DNA of 17,329 bases from Promethearchaeota archaeon (GCA_014728035.1 WJMJ01000147.1:1-17329); one strand, 5' to 3'. Counted from the stretch's first letter, positions 1-8,699 are shown. The notes: generated by a model not told the origin, from the letters alone. Made by a program: numbers and translations.

Positions 1-1
1 C

Positions 2-184
2 AACGAGATACTCTCCCGAGCAAGAGAATTAGATAGACACTACATCCCATCAAGATATCCTAATGGACTGCCTGCGGGAACACCACGAAGAGCATTCGAT
101 GAACGAGAGGCACAGGAGGCGATTGAAGCTGCGAGAACCATCCTCAGATTCTGTGAAGGTATTCTGGCCACAATCCAAGGATGA
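2..184 (+). CDS. HEPN domain protein (PF05168-like subtype), 3' part only; 5' end lies outside the window
   Basis: Not in the ORF track. Manual translation from base 2 gives NEILSRARELDRHYIPSRYPNGLPAGTPRRAFDEREAQEAIEAARTILRFCEGILATIQG* (TGA 182-184). LDxxYIPSRYPN is the typical C-terminal motif of this subtype and matches LGEHYLQARYPD in ORF 6734..7117. It overlaps the downstream MNT gene. Confidence 0.9.
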   Translation, partial: NEILSRARELDRHYIPSRYPNGLPAGTPRRAFDEREAQEAIEAARTILRFCEGILATIQG

Positions 185-497
185 AGTGCTGCGAAAGGTC
201 AAGCGAGTTGTACAGCATCTTGCAGACCTTAACGATGTTCTGGATATCTGGCTGTTCGGTTCGTATGCTACAGACCAGTTCATGCATTCCAGCGATGTCG
301 ATCTTTGTATCGTCCTGTCTGAAGATTCCGAGTTGCAAGAGGTAGATATCATGGAATATGCTGGAAGATTGAAAGTAGGATTACGTTTTGAATTTCATAT
401 CTATCGTGAGAGTACATTCAAGGACCTTCTCAGTGATGAGACTGGATTTGTCTCGCGAGAGATTGTCAGCAAAGGGATACATCTGCATTCAAATTAA
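123..497 (+). CDS. Minimal nucleotidyltransferase (MNT), antitoxin partner of the upstream HEPN
   Basis: WLFGSYATDQFMHSSDVDLCIV fits the GS-x10-DxD pol-beta-like motif. The ORF-track start at 63 lies deep in the HEPN gene. TTG 123 (AGGAGG at 114-119) or GTG 153 is more plausible, so the start is uncertain. Confidence 0.88.
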   Translation: MKLREPSSDSVKVFWPQSKDEVLRKVKRVVQHLADLNDVLDIWLFGSYATDQFMHSSDVDLCIVLSEDSELQEVDIMEYAGRLKVGLRFEFHIYRESTFKDLLSDETGFVSREIVSKGIHLHSN

Positions 498-586
498 TGG
501 ATGCAGACCGAAGTCTAGAGCATTCGTATCCATTCACACGCAATACTGATTAGACGAGTAGATGCCTATAACGTTGAGAGTTAGCC

Positions 587-2572
587 ATGGGGACAATCAA
601 GATTCCGTTCACGGATACAGAAGGTGATGAAGACGCCTTTTTATTTGATACTGATAGCACTGAGATCACAATCAACAGTGATAATGCAGTATCAGTAGAT
701 CTCTCTAGCCTCGCAACGTGTTCCTCCCTGACTTCTCTTTGGATAGAGGGAGACAAGCTTACACTATTAGACCTCACTCCCCTCTCTGAGTGCTCATCAT
801 TGCAGCGTCTTGAGATCTTTGGCTTCACTCTTCAAAAACTGAATCTCACCCCGCTCTCTAGATGTACTTCACTGCAGTATCTGGATATTGGAGGCCGCAT
901 GAGAGACCTTGACCTTTCTCCCCTCTCTATCTTATCATCGCTACAGCATCTTGAGATCAAGGCAGCGAGTCTACATGAACTTGATATATCGCCCCTCTCC
1001 AAGTGTTCCTCTTTACAGTACTTAAAGATCAATGTGGACTCTATGAAGATGTTAGATCTTTCAGTTCTTTCTACCAGTAATTCACTACAACACATGGAAA
1101 TCTTTGGAGAACTACAAAAGCTAGACCTTGCTCCCTTCACGGATGAATCCTCCCTGAAGCATGTGGAAGTTATGGGACGATCTCTTCAATCTATTGACCT
1201 CTCTGCCTTCGCAGCTTGTTTCGATCTAGAATATATCGGGATTAGTGGATTGGAGATTGAGGACATTGACCTAGCACCCCTCAAGAACTGCTCATCCCTG
1301 ACGAAACTGAAAATCAGAGATTCAAAAATCAAAGAGTTGGACTTGAGTCCCCTCTCTTCTTGTTCTTTCCTTCAGGACTTGATAATCGAAGGGGATATGG
1401 ACCACCTCGATCTTTCCCCGATTAAAACTTGTACTGCCTTACAATTCCTTCATATTAAGGGTGCTATGGAAGACCTAGACATCTCAGTCTTCTCATCACT
1501 TGAATCCTTGGAGCTTCTTGAAATCAGAGGACGTATGCAAGAACTAGAACTAGCTGCTCTTTCATCTTGCCCTTCACTTAAACGCTTGAAAATTGATTCT
1601 AGGCAGTTAAAGAAATTGAGTTTCTCTACCCAATCGAGTTGTTCTTCCTTACAATACCTAGAGATTGATAGTGCAACGAAAGAACTGGATATCTCGTCTA
1701 TTGTAGCCTGTCCGTCCCTGCAGACAATTCGCATTATCGGATGGAACCTGATTGAATTGGACATCTCCTCGCTCTCTACCTTTTCCGCTCTCCAATCCCT
1801 TCTAATTATGAGTAGTGGATTTATCGATGTGACGCCAATCCTATATTTGGATATAGAGCACGTTGAACTCCCAAATGCGATAACCATCCTCAGCAAACAG
1901 ACTGTGGAAACATATTATCCGCATTGGAGATTAGAAGATCATTCCTATGACAGAGTTCTACACATTTGGTCTGGTGAAACACTCCGGTCACACCTTGTGA
2001 TGTTAATTCAGAATGAATCAATATCGTGGAAAATGCTATACCTCGTGCATAAGATTGCAACAACCCTGATTCCTGGAATTGGACCTCTAGACTTAACTAT
2101 TGAAGAAATAGAGGTTCTTGTAGCGTTGAAGACAAGAGAAGAACAGAAGGATTTCCTGTGTGAGTTGTACACGCAACAGATCAACTTAGGAGGTACAACC
2201 ATTCTAGCGGACGTTGAGCGATTGCAGACCACCGAACTTGCTATTCTAATTCAGGACATCTTGGAGTTGCGGAAACAGGAGATCGAAAAAGTTCATCTAT
2301 CGATTATTGAAGAGGGAAGCATCGACCTTCGACCCCTCTATCTCACTCAATACGGATTTCAGATCTGCACCATTCGCGGGTTGAATCTGATGTGTTCAGA
2401 GAACGAACTAGACCCGATCGTGAAAGTAGTAAAGGAGGTCGGAGGAACCATCGTAATATCGGAAGATATTGCGGATTCAAGAATCTCTCTTCACCTTCAG
2501 GAATACATCTTCAAGCTTGTAGAGGATGCTGACCTTCAGAGAGCAACGGATATCCAAATACGAGAGGGTTAA
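587..2572 (+). CDS. LRR protein A: N-cap, about 16 LRRs of 23-24 aa, and a C-terminal domain of unknown function
   Basis: Repeated unit xLDLSPLSxCxSLQxLxIxG from about aa 36 to 410. The non-repetitive C-terminal ~180-240 aa is clearly homologous to that of 2658..4559. Confidence 0.93.
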   Translation: MGTIKIPFTDTEGDEDAFLFDTDSTEITINSDNAVSVDLSSLATCSSLTSLWIEGDKLTLLDLTPLSECSSLQRLEIFGFTLQKLNLTPLSRCTSLQYLDIGGRMRDLDLSPLSILSSLQHLEIKAASLHELDISPLSKCSSLQYLKINVDSMKMLDLSVLSTSNSLQHMEIFGELQKLDLAPFTDESSLKHVEVMGRSLQSIDLSAFAACFDLEYIGISGLEIEDIDLAPLKNCSSLTKLKIRDSKIKELDLSPLSSCSFLQDLIIEGDMDHLDLSPIKTCTALQFLHIKGAMEDLDISVFSSLESLELLEIRGRMQELELAALSSCPSLKRLKIDSRQLKKLSFSTQSSCSSLQYLEIDSATKELDISSIVACPSLQTIRIIGWNLIELDISSLSTFSALQSLLIMSSGFIDVTPILYLDIEHVELPNAITILSKQTVETYYPHWRLEDHSYDRVLHIWSGETLRSHLVMLIQNESISWKMLYLVHKIATTLIPGIGPLDLTIEEIEVLVALKTREEQKDFLCELYTQQINLGGTTILADVERLQTTELAILIQDILELRKQEIEKVHLSIIEEGSIDLRPLYLTQYGFQICTIRGLNLMCSENELDPIVKVVKEVGGTIVISEDIADSRISLHLQEYIFKLVEDADLQRATDIQIREG

Positions 2573-2657
2573 CTAGTTAGCTAAATTTACTATTAGCAAG
2601 AATTCGTCTGAAAATTATTGGAAATAGATTAATGCAACCATACAATGTAACGATATC

Positions 2658-4559
2658 ATGGAAAGCAGGGTTTCAGTCAAGTGGAGAGATAACTCAGGAA
2701 CTGAATTTACTGAGAACTTTCATATTCAATCCGAAGAGATAAAGATCAGTTTCCCTGAAGCAGTATTCCTCGACCTCTCGGAACTAGCTGCCTGCTCAGA
2801 GCTCACATCCCTCACCATCAGAAACATGGATAATTTGAAGGAGCTGGACCTGAGCGTTCTCTCTTCCTGTACCAAACTGCAATCTTTTACTATCAAACAA
2901 CTTGGTGTGAAACAACTCGACCTCTCCGTGCTTGCAAATTGGCCTGACCTGCAGTCACTCAAGATCATACGCTTCTCGAAAGTGTCTACCCTTGACCTGC
3001 AACCTGTTAGTTCGTGCTCTCGCCTGAAATCGATACGACTTAAAGAATTGTGGGGGTTGGAAGAACTTGATCTCAGTAGTCTTGCTGAATGCTCTGACCT
3101 GCAGGTAGTCTATCTGGACAACTTCTATAATATTCAAGAACTGGACATGAGCCCCTTGGGCGATTGTCTCAACCTTCAACACCTCACCATCCAGAATTTG
3201 AGGAACGTCCAGAAACTTGATTTCAGTAGTCTAGCATCATGTAGGAAGCTAAAATCGCTGAAACTCGGAGGGATTCTCAGACTACGGAATATCGATCTTG
3301 ATTTTCTATCTTCATGCCTAAACTTGCAGAAAATATCATTCGTCACGTTGATCCTTGAGAAACTAAATCTGAAACCTCTGTCTTCGTGTACACAGCTAAA
3401 GACTCTCGAGGTTCAATGGCTGACACATTTGAAACATCTAGACTTGTCCCCATTATCTTCATGCCTGAAACTGCGTGAACTAGATCTAACGGGGCTAAGT
3501 CTGTTAGAAGAGATTGATCTATCGCCTCTCTCAGCATGTCACGGGTTCAAGCGACTCCGTCTCGATAGATTGGATGAGATTCAGAAGATCAATCTCAGTG
3601 TCTGTTCACATTGGCCAAAGCTTCGCTCTGTTGTTCTCTGGGGAATGAAATACATCAAGAAAATCGACCTGAGCGGACTCAAATCATGTGAGAAGCTTCA
3701 GCTGCTCATACTCAGAAATATGACCAGCGTGCATGATCTGGACCTCAGTCCACTATCAAAATGTACCAAGCTCAAGAAACTTGAGATAAGGTATCTTCAA
3801 TTGACAGACCCAGACATCACGCCAATTCTTCACCTCGATGTTGGTGAAGTCAATTTTAGTCAACACACCCAGACAATCTACAGCAAAGAGACCGTACTGA
3901 AACTCTACCCTCAATGGAAGAAGAGCCTCAGATACTTTGATACTCCAATACCATACCCCAATCTCTCTCTATTCAGATCAGTCCTACAGGTATTGATTCA
4001 GGAGGAACCAGAATCATGGAAGATCCCCTATCTTACCCACGAGATAGCTAAAGAGATCATCCCAGGAATCGGTCTGTTGGATATCTCAGTGGAAGAGATC
4101 ACAAATATGTTGGAATTACCTCCCGAAGAGCAACAGAGGTTCCTTCACGAGAGGTATCAAGAACAGATTCGGAATGGTGGTGTGACAATTCTTGCAGATA
4201 TCGATCTGTTGTCTGATTCGGATATGGCTATATTAGTGAACGAGATAATCGAGCTACGGAACATAGAGATCAAGAACATACATCTGAGCATGAATGATGG
4301 TATGATTATCCTTGAACCACTTGTACTTACAACCTACGGTCTTCAGATATGTAGAGCATTGAATACAGGACTTGAGTGTACCACGGAGGAGTTCGCTCAG
4401 GTACAACAGGCTGTGGACGAATTAGGAGGGTCCATAGTTATTGATGAAGATGGAACAACATATCCAACCATAATATCAGAGTCCCTCAGGCGATACATTA
4501 TGTTCTTAGCAAAAGGATTCGAGCCAAGAAAACGATACATAATGGATCTGCGGTACTAA
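2658..4559 (+). CDS. LRR protein B: N-cap, about 14 LRRs of 24-25 aa, and the same C-terminal domain
   Basis: Repeated unit xLDLSPLSSCxKLxxLxLxxLxxL. The C-terminus shares SWK..Y L.H.IA..IPGIG.LD, QI..GG.TILAD, I.ELR..EI and L.PL.LT.YG.QIC with LRR A. Confidence 0.93.
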   Translation: MESRVSVKWRDNSGTEFTENFHIQSEEIKISFPEAVFLDLSELAACSELTSLTIRNMDNLKELDLSVLSSCTKLQSFTIKQLGVKQLDLSVLANWPDLQSLKIIRFSKVSTLDLQPVSSCSRLKSIRLKELWGLEELDLSSLAECSDLQVVYLDNFYNIQELDMSPLGDCLNLQHLTIQNLRNVQKLDFSSLASCRKLKSLKLGGILRLRNIDLDFLSSCLNLQKISFVTLILEKLNLKPLSSCTQLKTLEVQWLTHLKHLDLSPLSSCLKLRELDLTGLSLLEEIDLSPLSACHGFKRLRLDRLDEIQKINLSVCSHWPKLRSVVLWGMKYIKKIDLSGLKSCEKLQLLILRNMTSVHDLDLSPLSKCTKLKKLEIRYLQLTDPDITPILHLDVGEVNFSQHTQTIYSKETVLKLYPQWKKSLRYFDTPIPYPNLSLFRSVLQVLIQEEPESWKIPYLTHEIAKEIIPGIGLLDISVEEITNMLELPPEEQQRFLHERYQEQIRNGGVTILADIDLLSDSDMAILVNEIIELRNIEIKNIHLSMNDGMIILEPLVLTTYGLQICRALNTGLECTTEEFAQVQQAVDELGGSIVIDEDGTTYPTIISESLRRYIMFLAKGFEPRKRYIMDLRY

Positions 4560-4669
4560 TAAATCATAGACACAATTTTTTCAATGGTTAGCACTTGCAT
4601 TGTTTTTCCTTTTCACCAACTAATAACTAGCACTAAAATGAATGAATTGAATTTGTTGAATCTATCAAG

Positions 4670-5140
4670 ATGTCAGTAGTAATCCATAAACAGAAAGTTC
4701 TTTTATTGCGGCTTCTCCTATTCGGGTGGGGATATATTTTGGTTTATCAACAAAAACAGATAGAGTGGTGGATTGACAAGAAGAAACATCTTTCGAAAAA
4801 TGAAAGAGAATGCGTTTCTGTATATATTGATCTGGAAAAAGAACTACAACCAACCGAATGTATTTCATATCAAGAAGATACATTCACAGGAATCAGAGAT
4901 TCATTTGTAATTCTATCTACTGGCGAATATGATGAACCAATATCAGAGGAGTATCTACATGTATTGAGTGAGAGTCGAAAGAGAATATGGGCTAAACTGT
5001 TCAAAGGAATCCCAATACCGGAGAAATATGATGGTGCAGTTGAAGATTCTTCGGGATTTCTAAACAACTATCTTCCTGACGGTGAAGAAGGAGAGAAACT
5101 CTTACGGGAAACTCTGGATGAATTAGATGATGTTTTCTAG
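4670..5140 (+). CDS. Hypothetical protein with an acidic C-terminus; the true start may be downstream (TTG near 4739)
   Basis: 156-codon ORF on the same strand as its neighbours, filling the gap between LRR genes. No recognisable motif. Confidence 0.6.
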   Translation: MSVVIHKQKVLLLRLLLFGWGYILVYQQKQIEWWIDKKKHLSKNERECVSVYIDLEKELQPTECISYQEDTFTGIRDSFVILSTGEYDEPISEEYLHVLSESRKRIWAKLFKGIPIPEKYDGAVEDSSGFLNNYLPDGEEGEKLLRETLDELDDVF

Positions 5141-5367
5141 GTGAAAGCTGTTGCCACTTATACAAGGACTGTATTACATCGATTCATCTGTCAGCGCGCA
5201 TCAACTAATGTAACGGATATCAGAGATAAAAGAAAAGCAAATGATTAGATAGTAGCAATCAAGAAAAAGGCCATAGAAAATTCTAGAATACTAACATTCT
5301 TGGAACAAAGTCATCTGCAACAAAAAAGTACCTATATCCTTAATTCAAAAATCAACATGCAACTAAT

Positions 5368-6300
5368 ATGGACCAAGTAGAGATTCAGTTCACTGATTCC
5401 AAAGGTGAGACACATACTGCTACTTATGATAGAGATAGATTGAGGATTGCTATTATACTAGAAGATGCAGTATCCGTTGATTTGGCTGGGTTAGCGGGAT
5501 GTGAGAAGCTACAGGAACTAGCAATTTCATCTTGTGATATCCTGACTGAAATCGATTTGTCTCAGGTTGGTGCTCTCAAGGATTTAGAGAAAGTGAAAAT
5601 ATCCTTCAATCACTTGTTACGGAAGCTCGGCCTTACTCATCTTGCAGATTGTGAAAAATTACAAACTCTAGAGATAGATTACTGCAATGGTCTCGAAACC
5701 TTGATTCTCCCTCCCTCTCCGACTCTTAATAGAATAATAATCGAGGAACTCAACATTTTCCAAAATCTAGATCTCAGTCCCGTATCACAGTGTCACAATC
5801 TTCATGTATTAGCGATCAGAAGATGTAAAATTTTAAGGCTCTCGAACCTCTCCGCACTCGCAGGATGCAGACAGTTAGAGAAACTATTGATTGAAAAGCT
5901 AGGGCCGGAGAGATGGGATCTTACTCCGTTATCTGCTGTGGAGAACCTTCAGAATTACTCTGATATGGAGCATGACGATTTCAAAACGAGCGAACGAAAC
6001 CGAAAATCTGTCACAAAGACCATCGAGAACATCGCTCAGGCTATTATTGACATAGGTAGTCATATTGCTGCACAGAAGCAATGGGGCATTAAGGACACCT
6101 ACCGGGAGATCATAGAGTTACTAGCAGAGAAAGGTGTTATCTCCAAATCCGTGGGTGAACGACTCAAAGAATTAGTATCAATGAGAAATCTTCTCATTCA
6201 TCAGTACCTAGATATAGACTACGACCTCATCTGGAGTATCCTGCCACAGTTGATTAAGGACTCTGAGGAATTCGTTGATTCCATTCAAGCAATCCTCTAA
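5368..6300 (+). CDS. LRR-HEPN fusion: N-cap, about 6.5 LRRs and a HepT/DUF86-type ribonuclease domain
   Basis: Residues 1-195 match the LRR A/B architecture (IQFTDSKG...DAVSVDLAGLAGCEKLQEL). Residues ~191-310 align by eye with HEPN 14807..15235 (QAIIDIGSHIAAQKQWG vs QAVLNITSHIVAHNRWG; MRNLLIHQYL vs MRNLIVHQYL). It is one uninterrupted frame. Confidence 0.9.
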   Translation: MDQVEIQFTDSKGETHTATYDRDRLRIAIILEDAVSVDLAGLAGCEKLQELAISSCDILTEIDLSQVGALKDLEKVKISFNHLLRKLGLTHLADCEKLQTLEIDYCNGLETLILPPSPTLNRIIIEELNIFQNLDLSPVSQCHNLHVLAIRRCKILRLSNLSALAGCRQLEKLLIEKLGPERWDLTPLSAVENLQNYSDMEHDDFKTSERNRKSVTKTIENIAQAIIDIGSHIAAQKQWGIKDTYREIIELLAEKGVISKSVGERLKELVSMRNLLIHQYLDIDYDLIWSILPQLIKDSEEFVDSIQAIL

Positions 6301-6333
6301 CAATGCAATCGCAGAATGTCAATTGAATAATCA

Positions 6334-6750
6334 TCAATCCGAGTTTGGAATCCAACCTTCCTTCATTCGAACCAATCCAGATTCAGCAATTCGTTCTTCA
6401 ACCATGCTCCGTATATTATCAATAGACCTACCTCCATCATGAATACAGGTCCCGCTATGCAAGGCATCTATCACGATAGTATTGAATCTCTTGATCTCTT
6501 CTTGAATGGCTTCGATAGAATAGCAGTGAAGGTCTATTGCGAGTTTGAGAGGAATTGAAGTGATCTCTGAACATTGGACCTGATTCTCTGTTAGAATCAA
6601 GAGGTCATAATCACTCAGATAGTGAGACCTATTCTCAGCCCGAGATCCAAACAGGATAATAGTGATATGGGGATAGCTTACAGTAAGGCCGTGAATGAAC
6701 CGTTCAAACTCCCTGTTCTTCTCACGTTCTCTCTCACGTAAGGTCTTCAC
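6334..6750 (-). CDS. Minimal nucleotidyltransferase (MNT) antitoxin
   Basis: ILFGSRAENRSHYLSDYDLLIL fits GS-x10-DxD, with a later IDLH carboxylate strand. It overlaps the HEPN gene upstream on the same strand by 17 bp. Confidence 0.92.
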   Translation of the reverse strand: MKTLREREREKNREFERFIHGLTVSYPHITIILFGSRAENRSHYLSDYDLLILTENQVQCSEITSIPLKLAIDLHCYSIEAIQEEIKRFNTIVIDALHSGTCIHDGGRSIDNIRSMVEERIAESGLVRMKEGWIPNSD

Positions 6751-7117
6751 GAACTCTGCGAAGGAAATCTAGACACACCTCCATGCATTCTATTGCCTCT
6801 CTAGCCTCTTGTTCTGTGTACTCAGCCACTCTAGCATCTGGATAGCGAGCTTGTAGATAGTGTTCACCCAGGTCTCGTATGCAATTCATGATATCCCTGG
6901 GTACTTCAACGCCTGTTGAGGAGAGTGATTCCATCAATTCAACCAGCGAATGAGAATAAGCTTTTGCTCCTACTTTGAGAATCAGTATACCTTTCAGATA
7001 GAATTCCACCGCTTGTTGAGCAGTAAAGGATGCAAAGTCAAAACGTCCTTTATCTATGGATTCAGATGCTATCACCTCGAACATCTCTGCTTTATCGAAC
7101 CACCTACGGGTATCCAA
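6734..7117 (-). CDS. HEPN domain protein (PF05168-like subtype)
   Basis: Contains W..KA, FTAQQAVEFYLKG, HSLVEL and HYLQARYPD motifs. A GTGAGG ribosome-binding-like site lies upstream of the TTG start. Paired with an MNT. Confidence 0.92.
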   Translation of the reverse strand: MDTRRWFDKAEMFEVIASESIDKGRFDFASFTAQQAVEFYLKGILILKVGAKAYSHSLVELMESLSSTGVEVPRDIMNCIRDLGEHYLQARYPDARVAEYTEQEAREAIECMEVCLDFLRRVREDLT

Positions 7118-7144
7118 AGTAGTTGCCTCACTTCTATACTATGA

Positions 7145-8200
7145 TGATACTTGATATATTTGTGGATTTCTTCAAGATTAGGATCATCACGTATATCAAA
7201 TCAATACTAAGAACACTAACACTGTATCTATATCTCAAAGGGAGTATACCGAGCTCTTAATTTCTCATTCTCTATCCCTCAGTTTTCAGGTTACCCAGGT
7301 CTATGCCTCAAATATCCGCAATTTATTATTTTTCGTCATTCATATCCATTTTTCGAATTTGTCACTTTTACTGTGTATCCCTTAATTTAGATGATTATTT
7401 GTTCAAATAATTCCTCAACTGCCTCAATATTGAAGGCAATGATTTACTTAGTTATTATTTTAAAAAAATTATTATTGTAAAATTAGTGTTATTATTTGTT
7501 ATATTATTGTACTAATATTTTCGATTAATTGATGATATATTGAGTAACCTATTATATTCTATATCCGAATACAATATACAGTTATTAAGTGAAAATGTTG
7601 AGATCATCATAACCCATACTCAATTAGTGTGTATTGGTACCCTTTGGCGAGGATAATGGGGATGATTTCATTCATTTTTAGTACTACAGGGGATATGATA
7701 CGGTTTTCGAGTATGTGAAACACTTCTAAGAAGAACACTTACCACTATCTTGTATCAAACCCATGTTCATCAATATTTAATATAATATTTTCCATAAAAT
7801 TTCAAACATTGTTTTACAAAACAATAACCTAATAAATACTCCTAAATATGGTACATATTGAAGGCAGGAAATTATAATATCAAATACATGGTTAACCTTT
7901 CTAAATATCGAAAGGAGTTGAGTGTACGCATACGAGTATTATTATAAACAAATATCTAAAAGATATACCAAACGTTTGAAATCACAGAAATTCGGTTTTA
8001 TGGCAATTCTTGAAGTTTACAGACGTTCATCTTACCTATCTAATATTGAGGAAAAAGAGAGGAATAGGAGGTACAATCTCTTGATGTACCCCCAATAAGA
8101 GTAGATAACAGACCGACTTTGAAACATATGAACTGAAATAATCCAGTTTTTCAAATTCACAATCATCCTCTACTAAAGGGATACAGTCATTGATGAAATG
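7145..8200. other. About 1 kb AT-rich tract with no long ORF, containing a recurring CCT(T)CAATAT motif
   Basis: No ORF-track entry between 7144 and 8198. Bases 7441-7500 contain only 7 G+C in 60. Near-palindrome TGCCTCAATATTGAAGGCA at 7420-7438. Confidence 0.7.
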
Positions 8201-8229
8201 AATATCATCCTATTCGACCAACACAAATT

Positions 8230-8699
8230 TTACAATTTGGACCTTCGAAGTACAAGCGCCATAACAACTATCAGTACTGCACTGATGCCCAGGATAATTG
8301 GAATGAGGGAATCAAAGGGCACTTCCTCTTGCGTAGTTGTTGTCGTTGAGGTCACGGTGATCGGTGTTCTGCTTGGATCCGTTACGGTCACTATGACTGT
8401 ATCAACTGCTGAATTGTAGAACGCATCATACACGATGATAGTAAAGTTGTATACACCTGCAGATAACCCATCAAAAGAAACAGTGATTATAGACCCATTC
8501 CAAGATTGTGATTCCACCGATGTATTATTACGCAGGATAGTATAGGAAGCAGGATTCAAATCAACAGGTATCCATGTGAGTTCATTTCCAGTAGTACTGT
8601 ATTCATACGAATTATCCGGAGGTTGATTGATGGTATGAATTGTAGTGTCATGGACACTGATTATAACAGTATCAGAAACCCAATTGCCTCCATAAAGGA
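8230..8699 (-). pseudogene. Orphan 3' fragment of an Ig-like-repeat surface protein: one repeat, a Thr-rich linker and a TM anchor
   Basis: NWVSDTVIISVHDTT...SYEYSTTGNELTW.P.DLNPASYTILRN...DGLSAGVYNFTIIVYD is the same repeat as in 11308..14154. Homology begins mid-repeat at about 8699. The ORF-track extension to 8811 is an off-frame overlap with the next gene, and there is no signal peptide. Confidence 0.8.

Noticed and set aside
63-122. ORF-track N-terminal extension of the first MNT (MDCLREHHEEH...)
   Set aside because: It is an alternative frame of the upstream HEPN gene's conserved RYPNG region, so the real start is likely at 123 or later.
550-3537. Several minus-strand ORFs of 64-148 aa inside the LRR genes
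   Set aside because: They are antisense shadows of repetitive Leu/Ser-rich coding sequence and carry no motifs. The same applies to the short ORFs opposite or within the surface, TfoX, VapBC and zinc-ribbon genes.
7145-8200. CRISPR array or chromosomal oriC
   Set aside because: There are no regularly spaced 25-40 bp repeats, no recognisable ORB box with a G-string, and no adjacent cas or cdc6/orc1 gene.
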